Origin: Squalus acanthias
Lineage: Eukaryota
Direction of reading: 5' to 3'
Assembly (NCBI GenBank): GCA_030390025.1
Contig: CM059432.1
Span: 7,068,001 to 7,132,000, forward strand
DNA: 64,000 nucleotides
The notes under the pieces were generated by a model that was not told where the DNA came from, made no database searches, and saw only the letters and a list, made by a program, of their open reading frames with translations. The position numbers were made by a program, and so were the translations under genes. Below are positions 24,275-38,375 of the stretch, in pieces (positions within the stretch are counted from its first letter, which is position 1; every line of letters begins with the position of its first letter).

Positions 24275-25912
24275 TTAAGTATTTTAATGAGGCTACGTGC
24301 CTCAGGTTTTGCCTCCGTTTTAAATTTAACACTGGCCAGCCGGGTTTCCAGGGCCTCGGGAAACCCAGCAGCTTAAAGGGAGGCGAGGACTGCTGGATCC
24401 AGCAGGCAAGCGCCTTTCCAGAACCGGTTGTCGGCCAGAAGGTGCAGGATGGCTTCTCCCTCCGCACCCCAAGCTAACCGCCAACCTGCTTCAGCCCCCT
24501 TCCCCCTGCGATCGGCCATTTGGACCACCCCCAACGATCTGATCTCCATCCCGAGCTGGCCTTTCCGATCTCTCCCCTACCCCCGTCTTTCCGATTCTTC
24601 CCTCCCTCCTCTGCGCTCCTCGGCTGTGGCCTCCGATCTCCCCCCCGTTCTGATCTCCCCCCACCGGCCCTTTCGATATCCCCCGACACAGAACACTGAC
24701 CTCTGACCGCCCCCCCGGCCTCCGATCTCCCCCATCAATGACCCCCCCCCCCGATTTGGCGGCCCCATTTGAGCCAGTAACACTTTCACTGCAGCCTCTG
24801 AAAACCTGAGGGATTCCGTGTCCTGCGGCTGCCCTCTCAGACACACTAATTTTAACTCTGGATGGGTGTCGGGGTGAGTTGGAAACTCACCCGCTGCTGC
24901 AGAAGTCAGTCCGAGGCTATTTCAACTCTTGGGCCTCATTAACAAGCTGCACAGAACAGGTGGGAAGTGGCCAAGAAGTGGCCGTCAGCCTCTGGAAAAT
25001 CTGGCAGCCATGGCACACGGCACTCGGGTAATTGTAGGAAAGAGGGTTTCGGGACGGTCTTGCAAGAAGGAGCGGGTGTGGGAGTGGAGTCCGGGGAAGG
25101 GGAGGCCCGAGGTTTCCTTGTGGACCCCAGAGGAATACTGCTGCTGCTCCTGGCATCACAGAGGAAAGTAAAACACTTACCAGTTGGAGCCTCTTCATCT
25201 TCATCTTGATTCCTGGGATGAGAGGGCTGTCCTATGATGAGAGATTGTGTAGAATGGGCCTATACTCTCTGGCGTTTAGAAGAATGAGAGGTGATCTCAT
25301 TGAAACATACAAGATTCTGAAGGGGATTGACAGGGTACAAGCTGAGAGGTTGTTTCCCCCTGGCTGGAGTGTCTAGAACTGGGGGGCATAGTCTCAGGAT
25401 AAGGGGTCGGCCATTTAAGACTGAGATGAGGAGGAATTTCTTCACTCAGAGGGTTGTGAATCTTTGGAATTCTCCACCCCAGAGGGCTGTGGATGCTGAG
25501 TCTTTGAGTATATTCCAGGCTGAGATAGATGGGTAGAATTTTTAGACTCCAGGGATATGGGGCTCGGGCAGGGAAAGTGGAGTTGAGGTCGAAGAAGAGC
25601 CGTGATCTTATTGAATGGCGGAGCAGGCTTGAGGGGCCGTAATCTTATTCTTACGTTCCCAGCAGGACTCGAGTCTTCAGCCTGGCGGAAAAGCCTCAGC
25701 GACTTCCCCACTGACGTCAGAGTTAAAAACTGCAGTCTGGGTCCGATGACGTCATCGGACCCCGCTGTGCATGTTTAAAGAAGGACCCCGCCAATTTTGG
25801 GCAGGTGGCCTAGCCGCCCGTCCGGAAGCCTGTGTAAAAATCGCAGTCAGCCGTATCTGGGTGACTCGAGGGTGGACTCTGACTGCCCAGGCGGGCATGA
25901 GTTAAAACCCCC
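24275..25912. mobile_element. GC-rich TIR-type element(s) with an inserted CR1 3' fragment (25205-25632, +)
   Basis: taattttaactc at about 24847 is complementary to gagttaaaac at about 25899. CR1 ORF remnant at 25327-25536. C-rich (ccgatctcc) degenerate repeats at 24510-24760. Confidence 0.5.
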
Positions 25913-27089
25913 CACTCCCTCCGTCAAGATTTTGCAACCACGCTTTCAAAAAGAAAAGCTTGTGAATGTTGCTCTGTGTTCCTGAGCTGCGGTTTTCCAC
26001 ACGCCCAAAACGGGTGAGCTCCCAATAAGAGATCTCGTCAACGCGCCAGGATCCCGCGGAGAAAATTGAAGTTAGGCTGGCCGCGGAAACTCCCGACAGT
26101 GTCAGCGCTGGGGCAGGGATTGCTCCCGCCCTGCCACATTTCCATTAGCAATCGTGTTGAAGAGGAAAAAAATAGCCAGGCTTTGCGTGCTGATAAATTG
26201 CCAATGATTGGAGGGCAACTGACCACAAAAAAAAAATACAAAGGGAATGTTGATACCCTCATAAAGAACAAGGGATTTTTCTTGAGCTGGGAAACAGAGG
26301 AGGCGGCTGAGTGTTGACAGACGATGAGTCATGAGCGTTGTTTTTTTCTGCGGGAGAACCAAAACTGATGAGATGGAACAAGCGAGGCGATTTCTCAGAA
26401 GCGACTTCTCAGTTGTAGACTTGACGAAAGACATCTGCAGTCGGCGAAATGGGAATTATTGGAACATGGCGGCCTATACCATGCCACAGAACTAACAAAC
26501 AAGCAGTGATTTAGACTCTAGCTGAGGCGTCAGCCTAAAGCCGTTTCAGCTGTTTATTTTGTCAGCCAGTTTCAGTAAGCCATTATATCTTTTGACCTTA
26601 ATATCGCTGAGTGATTTGTATAGATCAGCCTGCAAATCCCTAAACATGGGCTCACGACAAAGCATATATCACAAACGTTTTGCAGTTTTAAAACACTGAA
26701 CTTGGCAAAGACTTAGGGAAAAGAAAGACTGCTTAAAATCAGTTTGAAAGCCGACAGAGAGACTGTCAGCTGTGATAGGTTGTGGGCAAACTCCAAGGGG
26801 ATCCCCTTGGCTGATGCAAGGAACTGTAATCTGTTTAATTGTTTAAGCAAATGGAAGACTAATAGGGCACCATCAGAAAGCTTTTTACAAACTGATCTGG
26901 AGATAATATTAAGTGGAATGCAACCATGGTAAAATACCTCTGGCCCCCAATATCCACTATTCTGCTCTGGCACCGTAACTATATCAGAGTGGGAACCGTA
27001 CCCCATCGGTGAGGAGAGAAGTCTGCCCCACTCGAGTTTGCCAGGTCAGGTTATATACATAAATTAAGTGACTGTCCATGCAGTGGCTC

Positions 27090-27445
27090 ACCTCGCCAAT
27101 TTGCGCGCAGCAAGCTCCCACAAACAGCAATGTGATAATGACCAGGCAATCTGTTTTTTAATAATGTTGATTGAGGGAGAAATATTGGCCAGGACACCGG
27201 GCATAGCTCCCCTGCTCCTCTTCGAAATAGTACCATGGGATCTTTTACATCCACCTGAGGATGCAGACGGGGCCTCGCTTTATCGTCTCATCTGAAAGAC
27301 GGCTCCTTCGACAGTGCGGCACTCCTTCTGTACTGCACTGGAGCGTCAGCCTAGATTTTTGTGCTCAAGTCTCTGGAGTTGGACTTGAACCCACAACCTT
27401 CTGACTTGGAGGCGAGAGTGCTGCCCACTGAGCTACAGCTGACAA
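27090..27445 (-). mobile_element. Deu-domain tRNA-SINE, tail truncated
   Basis: Reverse complement of the family consensus. Confidence 0.8.
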
Positions 27446-27939
27446 GGTGGCAGGCTTCTATTTTCTGGAGTGTTGCCTGTGGGCCCTACTTGTATCACTT
27501 GGTTGAATTGGACGGCGGCGTCTTGCTGGCGTCCAGTTCGTACACCAGGGCTCCTCGGGAAGTGACAGCCGCACAGGGAAAGCTGGAAATTCCGACTGCC
27601 CCGACAGAAAATCCCGCAGCTGATCCTGGGGGATGGGCACCTGGCATTACCTTGTCTCGTCACATTCCCCACTCCTGCCAGTTGTGGATTGCCAGCAATC
27701 CGCCTCTGGTGCACTGCTGGCCCCAAGGACATTCGGGGCCTTAATATTAACAGTACCGATCCTGGAGTTGGCTTCTCCTGTTACCACGCTGTGCACTTGA
27801 TCAATTTGCAGTGACTTCTTCACAACATATTGACTGCGATGATACAGTTTTGAGAATATAGAAAAGTTAAGGAATCAGTATGTGGCAGGAGGAATTTTTT
27901 GCTGGAGAAATATCTACGTTGCAGCTCTTGTAATGTGAT

Positions 27940-28490
27940 CCACCATCCACAAGGCACAAGTCAGGAGTGTGATGGAATACTCTCCACTTGCCTGGATGAG
28001 TGCAGCTCCAACACTCAAGAAGCTCGACACCATCCAGGACAAAGCAGGCCCGCTTGATTTGGCACCCCATCCACCACCTTAAGCATTCACTCCCTCCACC
28101 ACCGGCATACTGTGGCTGCAGTGTGTACCATCTACAAGACGCACTGCAGCAACTCGCCAAGGCTTTTTCGACAGCACCTCCCAAACCCGCGACCTCTTCC
28201 ACCGAGAAGGACAAGGGCAGCAGGCGCATGGGAACACGATCGCCTCCAAGTTCCCCTCCAAGTCACACACCATCCTGACTTAGAAATATATCGGCCGTTC
28301 CTTCATCGTCGCTGGGTCAGAATCCTGGAACTCCCTCCCTAACAGCACTGTGGGAGCACCTTCACCACACGGACTGCAGCGGTTCAAGAAGGCGGCTCAC
28401 CACCACCTTCTCAAGGGCAATTAGGGATGGGCAATAAATGCTGACCTTGCCATCGACACCCACATCCCATAAAATGAATTTTAAAAAAAA
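27940..28490 (+). mobile_element. Non-LTR retrotransposon family X, 3' end
   Basis: AAVCTIYKTHCSNSPRLFRQHLPNPRPLPPRR; tail gggcaattagggatgggcaataaatgc followed by an A-rich run. Confidence 0.8.
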
Positions 28491-29049
28491 CTATTCCCCA
28501 AATTCTTTTAAGGTTCATCCTTCAATTTTTCTTTGCCTTCACAAAATTACAGCCAATACCACGAGGAGGGTCCTAGCATTGTAATTTTTCACTTATTGAG
28601 ATCATTACACAAAACAACCACTCGCATTTATTTAACGGGTTTATTGTCGAAAGCATCTGAAAGCTCGTCGCAAAAAGGAGTGAAAGAACGAGCACTGAGT
28701 AGAAGGTTAAGACCGGTAAACAAAAATTTGGACAAAGGGATGGGTTCTGAGAAGGCTTTTCAAGAAGACTAGCGAGACAAAAACAGGTAGGGGAGGACTT
28801 TAAGAAAAGAAGGCCAAAGTGCTCAGGGTTTGCCACCAGTGCTGAAGCAGAGGGAGGGACGATGTTACGGGAGGGGATGTAAGGCAGGAGAAGGTTGCAG
28901 AGATAGGGTGGGACAAAGCCATGGAGGGATAAGAGGGTAAGATGAAGCAGAAAAAGGAGCGCGTATGACAGATGTCAGGTCGAGAATACATCTGAGAATC
29001 AGGCTAAATATAGAAAGTTCAGAGGAGAAGGGAAAAAGAAAATAAATGG

Positions 29050-32000
29050 GGCAAAGAGAGGGTATGAGAATAGAATGGCAGCCAACATAAAAGGTAATCC
29101 AAAAGTCTTCTATAGGCATATAAATAGTAAATGGGTAGTAAGAGGAGGGGTGGGGCCGATTAGGGACCAAAAGGGAGACCTACGCATGGAGGCAGAGGGC
29201 ATGGCTGAGGTGCTAAATGAATACTTTGCAGCTGTCTTCACCAAGGAAGAGGATGCTGCCATAGACATAGTGAACGAGGAGGTAGCGGAGATACTGGATG
29301 GAATAAAAATTGATAAAGAGGAGGTACGAGAAAGGCTGGCTGTACTTAAAGTAGATAAGTCACCAGGACCAGATGGGATGCATCCTAGGACGCTGAAGGA
29401 AGAAATCGCGGAGGTACTGGCCATAATACTGCAATCCTCCTTAGAAATGGGGGTGGTACCAGAGGACTGGAGAATTGCAAATGTTACACCCTTGTTCAAA
29501 AAAGGATGTAAAGATAAACCCAGCAACTACAGGCCAGTCAGTTTAACCTCGGTAGTGGGGAAGCTTTTAGAAACAATAATCAGCGACAAAATTAACAGTC
29601 ACTTGGACAAGTGTCGATTAATTAAGGAAGCCCAGCACAGATTTGTTAAAGGCAAATCGTGTTTAACCAACTTGATCGAGTTTTTTGATGAGGTAACAGA
29701 CAGGGTTGATGAGGGCAATGTGGTTGACGTGGTGTACATGGATTTCCAAAAGGCGTTCGACAAAGTGCCACATAATAGGCTTGCCAGCAAAGTTGAAGCC
29801 CATGGAATAAAAGGGACAGTGGCAGCATGGATACAAAATTGGTTAAGTGACAGGAAACAGAGAGCAGTGGTAAACGGTTGTTTTTCGGACTGGAGGAAGG
29901 TGCACAGTGGCGTTCCCCAGGGGTCGGTACTAGGCCCACTGCTTTTCTTGATATATATTAATGACTTGGATGTGGGTGTACAGGGCACAATTTCAAAATT
30001 TGCAGATGAGACAAAACTTGGAAGTATAGTGAACAGTGAGGAGGAGAGTGATAGACTTCAAGAGGACATAGACAGGCTGATGAAATGGGCGGACACGTGG
30101 CAAATGAAATTAAATGCAGAAAAGTGTTAAGTGATACATTTTGGTAGAAAGAATGAAGAGAGGACATATAAACTAAAGGGTACAATCCTAAAGGGGGTGC
30201 GTGAACAGAGAGACATAGATACATAGATACATAGAAGATAGGAGCAGGAGTAGGCCATCCGGCCCTTCGAGCCTGCTCCGCCATTTAATGTGATCATGGC
30301 TGATCCTCCAATTCAGTATCCCGTCCCCGCCTTCTCTCCGTAACCCTTAACCCCTTTTGCCTGTAGAAATATATCTAATTCCCTCTTAAATATATTTAAT
30401 GAGCTGGCGTACACTGCCCTCTGTGGCAATGAGTTCCACAGGTTCACCACTCTCTGAGTGAAGAAATTTCCCCTCATTTCTGTCCTAAATGGTTTAGCCC
30501 TTATCCTTAAATTATGTCCTCTAGTTCTGTTCTCACCCGCCAAGGGAAACATTCCTTCTGCATCTAGTCTGTCTAGACCTGTCAGAATTTTATACACTTC
30601 TATGAGGTCCCCTCTCAATCTTCTAAACTCCAGTGTGTACATCCCTAAACTACATAGTCTCTCCTCATAGGTCAATCCCGCCATTCCTGGTATCAGCCTG
30701 GTGAATCGCCGCTGCACCCCCTCCATGGCAAGAACATCTTTCCTCAGATGAGGCGACCAAAACTGTACACAGTACTCGAGGTGTGGTCTCACCAGTGCCC
30801 TGTACAGCTGCAGCAAGGTATCCCTGTTCCTGTATTCCAACCCTTTTGCTATGAAGGCCAGCATACCGTTTGCCTTCTTGACCGCCTGTTGCACCTGCAT
30901 GCTCGCCTTCAGTGACTGGTGTACAAGAACACCCAGGTCTCTCTGTACTTCCCCCTCTCCCAATTTATTGCCATTTAAATAATAATTTGCCCTCCCGTTC
31001 CTGCACCCAAGGTGGATAACTTCGCACTTGTCCACATTATAGTGCATCTGCCATTTATCCGCCCAATCACCCAGTCTGTCCAAATCGCTCTGGAGCTTCC
31101 TGATCTCCTCCTCTGAGCCCACCCCCCCTCCTAGTTTGGTGTCGTCTGCAAATTTGGAAATGCTGCATCCGACTCCCTGATCCAGGTCATTAATGTAAAT
31201 TGTGAACAGCTGGGGACCCAGGACAGATCCCTGTGGTACCCCGCTGGTTACTGCCTGCCATTCAGAAAATGAGCCGTTTATTCCAACTCTCTGTTTTCTA
31301 TCTGACAGCCAGTTCTCTATCCACGTCAATACTTGCCCCTTTATCCCATGAGCTTCAATTTTCCATGCTAATCTTTTATGTGGGACCTTATCGAAGGCCT
31401 TTTGGAAGTCCAGGTACACCACATCCACTGACTCTCCCTCATCTATTTTACCAGTTACTCCCTCAAAAAATTCCAATAGGTTAGTCAAGCACGATTTACC
31501 CTAGGGGTATATGTGCACAAATTGTTGAAGGTGGCAGGGCAGGTTGAGAAAGCAGTTAAAAAAGCTTACGGGATCCTGGGCTTCACGAGTAGAGGTATAG
31601 AGTACAAAAGCATGGAAGTTATGATGAACCTTTATAAAACACTGGTTCGGCCTCAACTGGAGCATTGTGTCCAATTCTGGGCACCGCACGTTAGGAACTA
31701 TGTGAAGGTCTTACAGAGGTTGCAGAAAAGATTTACGAGAATGATTCCAGGGAATGAGAGACTTCAGTTACGTGGATAGACTGGAGAAGCTGGGGTTGTT
31801 CTCCTTAGAGCAGAGGAGATTTGGTAGAGGTGTTCAAAATCATGAGGTGTCTAGACAACGTAGATAGAGAGAAACTGTTTCCATTGGCGGAAGGGTCGAG
31901 GACCAGAGGACACAGATTTAACGTGATTGGCAGAAGAGCCAAAGGCGACATGAGGAAAAACTTTTTTACTCAGCGAGTGGTTAGAATCTAGAATGTGATG

Positions 32001-32195
32001 CCTGAAAGGGTGGTGGAGGCAGACTCAATCATGGCTTTCAAAAGGGAGTTGGATAAGTACCTGAAGGAAAAACATTTGCAGGGCTGCAGGGAAAGGGCGG
32101 GGGAGTGGGACTAGCTGAAATGCTCTTGCAGAGAGCCGGCACCGGCTCGACAGGCCGAATGGCCTCCTTCCGTGCTGTAACCATTCTAGGATTTA
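29050..32195 (+). mobile_element. CR1 LINE (RT region to 3' end), split by a nested insertion at 30215-31500
   Basis: ORF 29075-30130 (351 aa RT). The host sequence ...gaacagagagac continues as ctaggggtatatgtgcac at 31501. Confidence 0.93.
30215..31500 (-). mobile_element. Young CR1 LINE nested in the opposite orientation
   Basis: Uninterrupted 391-aa ORF 30313-31488 (RT C-terminal half); (TATGTATC)n tail at 30213-30236. Confidence 0.95.
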
Positions 32196-32544
32196 TAGCC
32201 GCGGAGGAAACTTTTATGTTTGATGCATTTGAAGACAGGGATCCAGATTAGGTTAACAACATTGGGGTGCGGTGATGGACACGCAGAGCTTAGTGGTTGA
32301 CAGGATGTGGGCACATTGAATAAAATATTGAGGTTGCATTCAGCTTGAGCAAGCAGCCAGGGAGGCAGATAGAGTCAGTAGTAAGGTAAAATGATGGCTT
32401 TGGTCTTTCCCAAGTTCAATTGGAGGAAATCCTGGTGCATGCACAACTTTAAATCGGACAGGCAGATTGGTGGCACAGAGTTAGTCAGGGGAAGCAATAG
32501 AAAGGTCGAGCCAGATATTATTAGCCTTACATATGTTTGCACAG

Positions 32545-33425
32545 CTCCATTCGCAACTCCTCAGATAATGAAGCAGCCCATGCCCGCATGCAGCAAGACC
32601 TGGACAACATTCAGACTTGGGCTGATAAGTGACAAGTAACATTCGTGCAACACAAGTGACAGGCATTGACTATCTCCAATAAGAGAAAGTCTCACCACCT
32701 CCCCTTGACATTCAGCGGCATTGCCATCGTCGAATCCCCCACCATCAACATCCTGGTGGTCACCATTGGCCAGAAACTTAAATGGACCAGCCACATAAAT
32801 ACTATGGCTACAAGAGCAGGTCAGAAGCTGGGTATTCTGCAGCGAATGACTCACCTCCTGACTCCCCAAGGCCTTTCCACCTTCTACAAGGCAGCAGACA
32901 GGAGTGTGATGGAATACTTTCCACTTGTCTGGATGAGTGCAGCTCCAACAGTACTCAAGAAGCTCAACAGGATCCAGGAAAAAGCAGTTCACTTAATTGG
33001 CACCCCATCCACCACCTTAAACATTCATTCCCTCCACCACCGGCGCACTGTGGCTGCAGTGTGAACCATCTACAAGATGCTCTGCAGCAACTCGCCAAGG
33101 CTTCTTCGACGCACCTCCCAAACCCACGACCTCTACCACCTAGAAGGACAAGGGTAGCAGGCGCATGGGAACGCCACCACCTTCAAGTTCCCCTCCAAGT
33201 CACACACCATCCTGACTTGGAAATATATCGCCGTTCCTTCATCGTCGCTGGGTCAAAATCTTGGGACGCCCTCCCTAACAGCGCTGTGGGAGCACCTTCA
33301 CCACACGGACTGCAGCGGTTCAAGGAGGCGGCTCACCACCACCTTCTCGAGGGCAATTAGGGATAGGCAGTAAATGCTGACCTTACCAGCAACGCCCATA
33401 TCCTGTGAATGTATATAAAAAAAAA
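32545..33425 (+). mobile_element. Non-LTR retrotransposon family X, 3' part, inside a degraded L2-like element
   Basis: ORFs 32666-33064 and 32782-33360; same tail as 27940-28490. L2-like sequence (-) lies on both sides. Confidence 0.8.
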
Positions 33426-33967
33426 TGGAACCTGCCGCATGCTTACAAATGATGTCACTTAGGGACGACGAGTAGGTAAGGAAGAGGATAGGCCAAGAAT
33501 AGTTCCTTGGGGAACTCCAGGGGTGACCATGCCAGAGCAGAAGGAAAAGTCAGTGATGGGGATGAGTTGGCTGCACAGGAACAGTTAGTGGAGAACCATG
33601 AGAGTTGGATTACCGAGGAAAAGGTGGTGGAGATAGAAAGCAAGGTCAACTATGTTGCATATTACATAGTGGTCAAACAGGACAAGGAGGAATAACGCAT
33701 TGTGGACGCAATCTGTTTGTCTTAGCGGGTCTTGGTGTTGTGTGAAGGGCAGTCATGAGAAGGCGATGGTGAAGTTGGGCGGTGACAACCTATTCAGCAC
33801 ATTAGAAGGGAAAGGAGTTGAGGGGACGGATGGGCCAAGTGGGACTTTTACGAAAATACAAAAAATGACGGACAGGAAAAGACCATCTGGTCCTTCAAAC
33901 CTGCCTTTCTTGTGATGTCTGAAGCATCGTGATTAGACACCCTCTCCCCATCACCAGCCATGCCATG

Positions 33968-34530
33968 TGACCACACCTGGCGTACTGTGGACAGTTTTGG
34001 TCTCAGTATCTAAGGAAGGATATACTTGCCTCAGAGGCGGTGCAACAAAGGTTCACTAGATTGATTCCTGGGATGCGAGGGTTGTCCTATGAGGAGAGAT
34101 CGATTGGAATGGGCCTAAACTCGCTGGACTTTAGAAGAATGAGAGGTGATCTCATTGAAACATATAAGATTCTGAGGGGGATTGACAGGGTAGATGCTGA
34201 GAGGCTGTTTCCCCTGGCTGGAGAGTCTAGAATTAGGGGGCATACTCTCAGAATAAGGGGTCGGCCATTTAGGACAAATGAGGAGAAATTTCTTTCTCAG
34301 AGGGTTGTGAATCTTTGGAATTCTCTACCCCAGAGGGCTGTGGATGCTCAGTCATTGAGTATATTCAAGGCTGAGATCGTTAGATTTTTACTCTCGGGGA
34401 ATCAAGGATATGGGGAATCGGGCAGGGAAAATGGAGTTGAGGTCGAAGATCAACCATGATCTTATTGAATGGCGGAGCAGGCTCAAGGGGCTGAATGGCC
34501 GACTCCTGCTCTTACTTCTTATGTTCTTGC
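33968..34530 (+). mobile_element. CR1 LINE 3' fragment
   Basis: ORF 34040-34459 (QRFTRLIPGMRGLSYEE). Confidence 0.9.
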
Positions 34531-35069
34531 GTCATCTTCTGGAAGAAGCAAAAAAAAAAAGATCAAAACCCAAGGCAAATAAGGGGGCAAAAATCTGGAA
34601 AATTCCTCTTCGACTCCTTATGGTGATCAAAACTAGTCCAGAAGGCCACATTGAAAATTCTTATATTACCTGGCATTTCACCTTTTTATAATACGCGATC
34701 TCCACACCAGCCAGGAACTGGTCCTGCTCTCTTGGAGGTATCTAGAGAGTCAGCACTCACTACACAAGCTGGCTGCTTGTCCCGTAAGTGCACTGTCCTC
34801 TGGGTAAAGAAGAACCACTTAAGATCAAACCTAGCCCTCCCCTTGGGTAACTTATACACACGACCCCTCATCTTCCCCAGTCTATCAAATTGAAATAATC
34901 TATCACTAGGGACACGGTCTAGACCTGTAACTATTTTCTTTCAAATCACCCCAAAGTCTACACACCTCCAAAGGAGGAAGTTTTGAAAGGAAGGGCAGAA
35001 AAATCCCTGCAAAGCAAGCCATCAACAATGTCAGAAAGCATTGGGTTGAGGAAATGTAACACATCTTTA

Positions 35070-35365
35070 CAGATACCCAAATGGCTTAGTTGGTAAATGT
35101 GTTGCTTCATATGAAACTGAGTTATACAGGCAAGGAAGATCCAACGTTTGATCCAGGTCTCTGCAGATAGGCTGGTCCGAGCCAAAGAGCTGCATCTGGC
35201 CTCCATGTGTCTGAGCTAAAGAGGCTAAGAATCAGTCAAGGTTTCTGCTGCTATTCTCTATCTTTTCCTCCTGTAGAAAGTACCTGTGTGGATGTTGTAC
35301 GAGGACATGCATAGGCTCCGCTTGATGCCTCATTTCGATAGCTTGCCAGTACTCACTATGTAAGG
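35070..35365 (+). mobile_element. Old SINE family C, 5' part (probable 3' part at about 38535-38660)
   Basis: tRNA-like head tggcttagttggtaaa...gtttgatccagg; divergent counterpart at 6855-7520. Confidence 0.4.
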
Positions 35366-35779
35366 AAAGGAAGAAAGAACTTACGTTTTTGAAGCACCTT
35401 TCACGATTTCAGGATATCCCAAAACACTTTACAGCCAATGAAGTACTTTTGAAGTCTAATCACTGGTGTAATGTAAGGAAATGCGGCAGCCAATTTGCAC
35501 GCGGTGAGGTCCCACAAACAGCAATGAGATAAATGACCAGATAATCTGTTTTTTTAATGATGTTGGTTGAGGCATAAAACCGAGAGAAATTCCTTGCTCC
35601 TCTTTGTCTAGTGCCATGGGATCGTTTACGTGCACATGATAGGGCAGAGGGGGCCTCAATTTAACATCCCATCTGAAAGACGGCACCTCCGACAGTCCAA
35701 TGCTCCCACAGTACCGGACTGAAGTGTCAGCGTAGATTATGTGCTCAAGTTCCTGGAGTGGGGCTTGAACCCATGACCT
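35366..35779 (-). mobile_element. Deu-domain tRNA-SINE split by a CR1 (head remnant at about 38060-38110)
   Basis: The SINE stops at ...cttgaacccatgacctt and resumes as ...gtcagaggtgagtgtgctactgctgagcca after the CR1 tail. Confidence 0.75.
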
Positions 35780-38059
35780 TTGGGCCAGGTCGACCAAGTG
35801 TCTGTGGGAGAACACTTGGGTACGAGTGATCATCGTATCATAAGATTTAGATTAGCAATGGAGAGGAGCAAGGAACAATCTAGAGTGGAACTTCTAAACT
35901 GGAATATGGCTAACTTCAATGGGATGCGAAAGGATCTCGCCAGGGTAAAATGGAACCAAAGACTGACAGGAAAAACTATAACGGAACAATGGGTGAACTT
36001 TAAGGAGGAGATGTTCCAAGTACAGGCTAGGTACATTCCAACAAGAGGGAAGGGTCCTTAGGAACCAAAGCAAGGGCTCCTTGGATGACGAGGGAGATAG
36101 AGAAGATGATGAAACAAAAAAGGAGGGTGTATGATGCACGTCAGGTGAATTCTTCAACGGAGAACCAGACCAAATACAATAAGTTGAGAGGGGAAGTGAA
36201 GATGAAAATAAGATTGGCAAAGAGAGAATATGAGAATAGAATGGCGCTTAACATAAAAGGGAAGCCAAAAACATTCTACCGGCATGTAAACAGTAAGCAG
36301 GTAGTAAGAGGCGGGGTGGGGCCTATTAGCGACAAAAAAGGCGTTACATGTTTAGAGGCGCAGGGTAAGGCTAGAATACTCAATGAGTACTTTGTATCGG
36401 TGTTTACTAAGGAGGTGGATGCTGACAAAATATCGGTAGCAGTGGAAAAGGTAGAAGCAATGGAAGGGGTGAAAATTGATAGACAGGATGTACTAGAAAG
36501 GCTGGGTATGCTTAGAGTGGATAAGTCACCTGGTCCAGATGGCTTGCATCCCAGATTGCTAAGGGAATTGGGGGAGAAGATAGCAGAAGGGCTTGCCATA
36601 ATTTTCCAATCTTCCCCAGATGCGGGGGAGGTGCCTGAGGATTGGAAAGTGGCAAATGTGACACCATTGTACAAGAAGTGTGTAAGGACAATCCTAGTAA
36701 ATACAGGCCGGTCAGTTTAACATCAGTGGTGGGTAAAGTTTTAGAAATAATAATGAAGGAAAAAATTAACGGGCACTTGGAGAGGTTTAAGCTAATTAAG
36801 GAGAGCCAACACAGATTAGTAAAAGGCAGATCATGTTTGACTAATCTAATTGAATTTTTTGATCAAGTAACAGGGAGGATCGATGAAGGGAATGCAATGG
36901 ATGTTATCTGCATGGATTTTAGGAAGGCGTTTGACAAAGTACCACATAGAAGGCTGGTTAACAAAATTGAGGCTCATGGAATAGGTGGGTCAGTGGCAGC
37001 TTGGATAAGGAATTGGCTTAAGGACAAAAAACAGCGAGTTGTGGTAAATGGCTGTTTTTCAGACTGGAGGATGGTAGACAGTGGTGGGGCCACTGCTTTT
37101 TTTGATATATATAAATGACCTGGATATTGGAATACAAAGTAGAATTTCTAAATTTGCCGATGACCCCAAACTTGGGGGTGTGGCAAACAGTGAGGACGAT
37201 GCCAATCGACTGCAACAGGACATAGAAAGGCTAGCAGAATGGGCAGACAGGTGGCAGATAGAATTTAATACTGAGAAGTGTGAGGTGATGCATTTTGGCA
37301 GAAGGAACAGGGAGAGGCAATATACACTTAATGGCACAGTTTTAAAGAGTGTGCAGGGACAGAGGGACCTGGGAGTTAATGTGCATAGGTCCCTGAAGGT
37401 GGCAGGACATATTGAGAGTGGTTAGCAAAGCATATGGGATCTTGGGCTTCATAAATAGAGGTATTGAGTATAAAAGTAGAGAAATTATGCTGAACCTTTA
37501 TAAAGCGCTGGTTAGGCCACAACTGGAGTATTGCATCCAGTTCTGGTCACCACACTTTAGGAAGGATGTGAAGGCCCTTGAGAGGGTGCAGAATGGTTCC
37601 GGGGATGGGGGATCTTGGCTACAAAGACAGGTTGGAGAAGCTGGATTTGTTTTCATTCGAGCAAAGGAGGTTGAGGGGTGATTTGATAGAGGTGTACAAG
37701 ATTATGATGGGTTTGGATAGGCTAGACGGGGAAAGGCTGTTCCCACTAGTTTATGGTACAAGGACTAGGGGACACAGATTTAAGGTTTTGGGCAAGAGAT
37801 ACAGGGGTACAGGGGGGATGTGAGGAAAAACTTTTTTACGCAGCGAGTGGTGAGGACCTGGATCTCGCTGCCGGCGGAAGTGGTGGACGCGGACACACTC
37901 AATGTTTTCAAGGGGAGACTGGATAGGTACTTGATGGAATAAACTTGCAGGGCTATGGGGATAGAGCAGGAGAATGGGACTGACTCGATTGCTCTGCAGA
38001 GAGCCGGCACGGACTCGATGGGCCGAATGGCCTCCTTCTGTGCCAGTATGACTCTATGA
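35780..38059 (+). mobile_element. 5'-truncated CR1 LINE ORF2, frameshifted
   Basis: ORF pieces 35780-36061 (LGTSDH), 36085-36720, 36642-37118, 37081-37425 and 37412-37681; tail tatgactctatgac. Confidence 0.93.
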
Positions 38060-38169
38060 CTTTGGAGGTCAGAGGTGAGTGTGCTACTGCTGAGCCAAGT
38101 CTTGACACCTGTAAGTACTAGATAGTAAAGCAAGACCACAATTCTCTGGACTGCTTCCTGTGTGACGTG

Positions 38170-38375
38170 CAACATAGGTTAGAGAGAGGAAGATTAGGAA
38201 AGTCAACGTGTAGCTGCAGGGCTGAGGCGGGAGGGAAAGGTTCACATTCTTGGGGCATCGGAGGGAGTTTGAGAACACGGAGGCTAAATCAAAGGGATGG
38301 ACTTCACCTGAACTGTAACTGCACCAGCATCCTTATAGAGAGGGCAAATAGAGCAGTGGGAGAGGATGCAAACTA
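38170..38375 (+). mobile_element. Degenerate CR1 ORF1 (SGNH esterase-like) remnant
   Basis: Translated remnants FTFLGH and RDGLHLN. Confidence 0.5.

Noticed and set aside
26363..26435. CTGATGA...CGAAA as another hammerhead or C/D snoRNA
   Set aside because: I could not find helix II pairing or a proper C/D box arrangement with a terminal stem.
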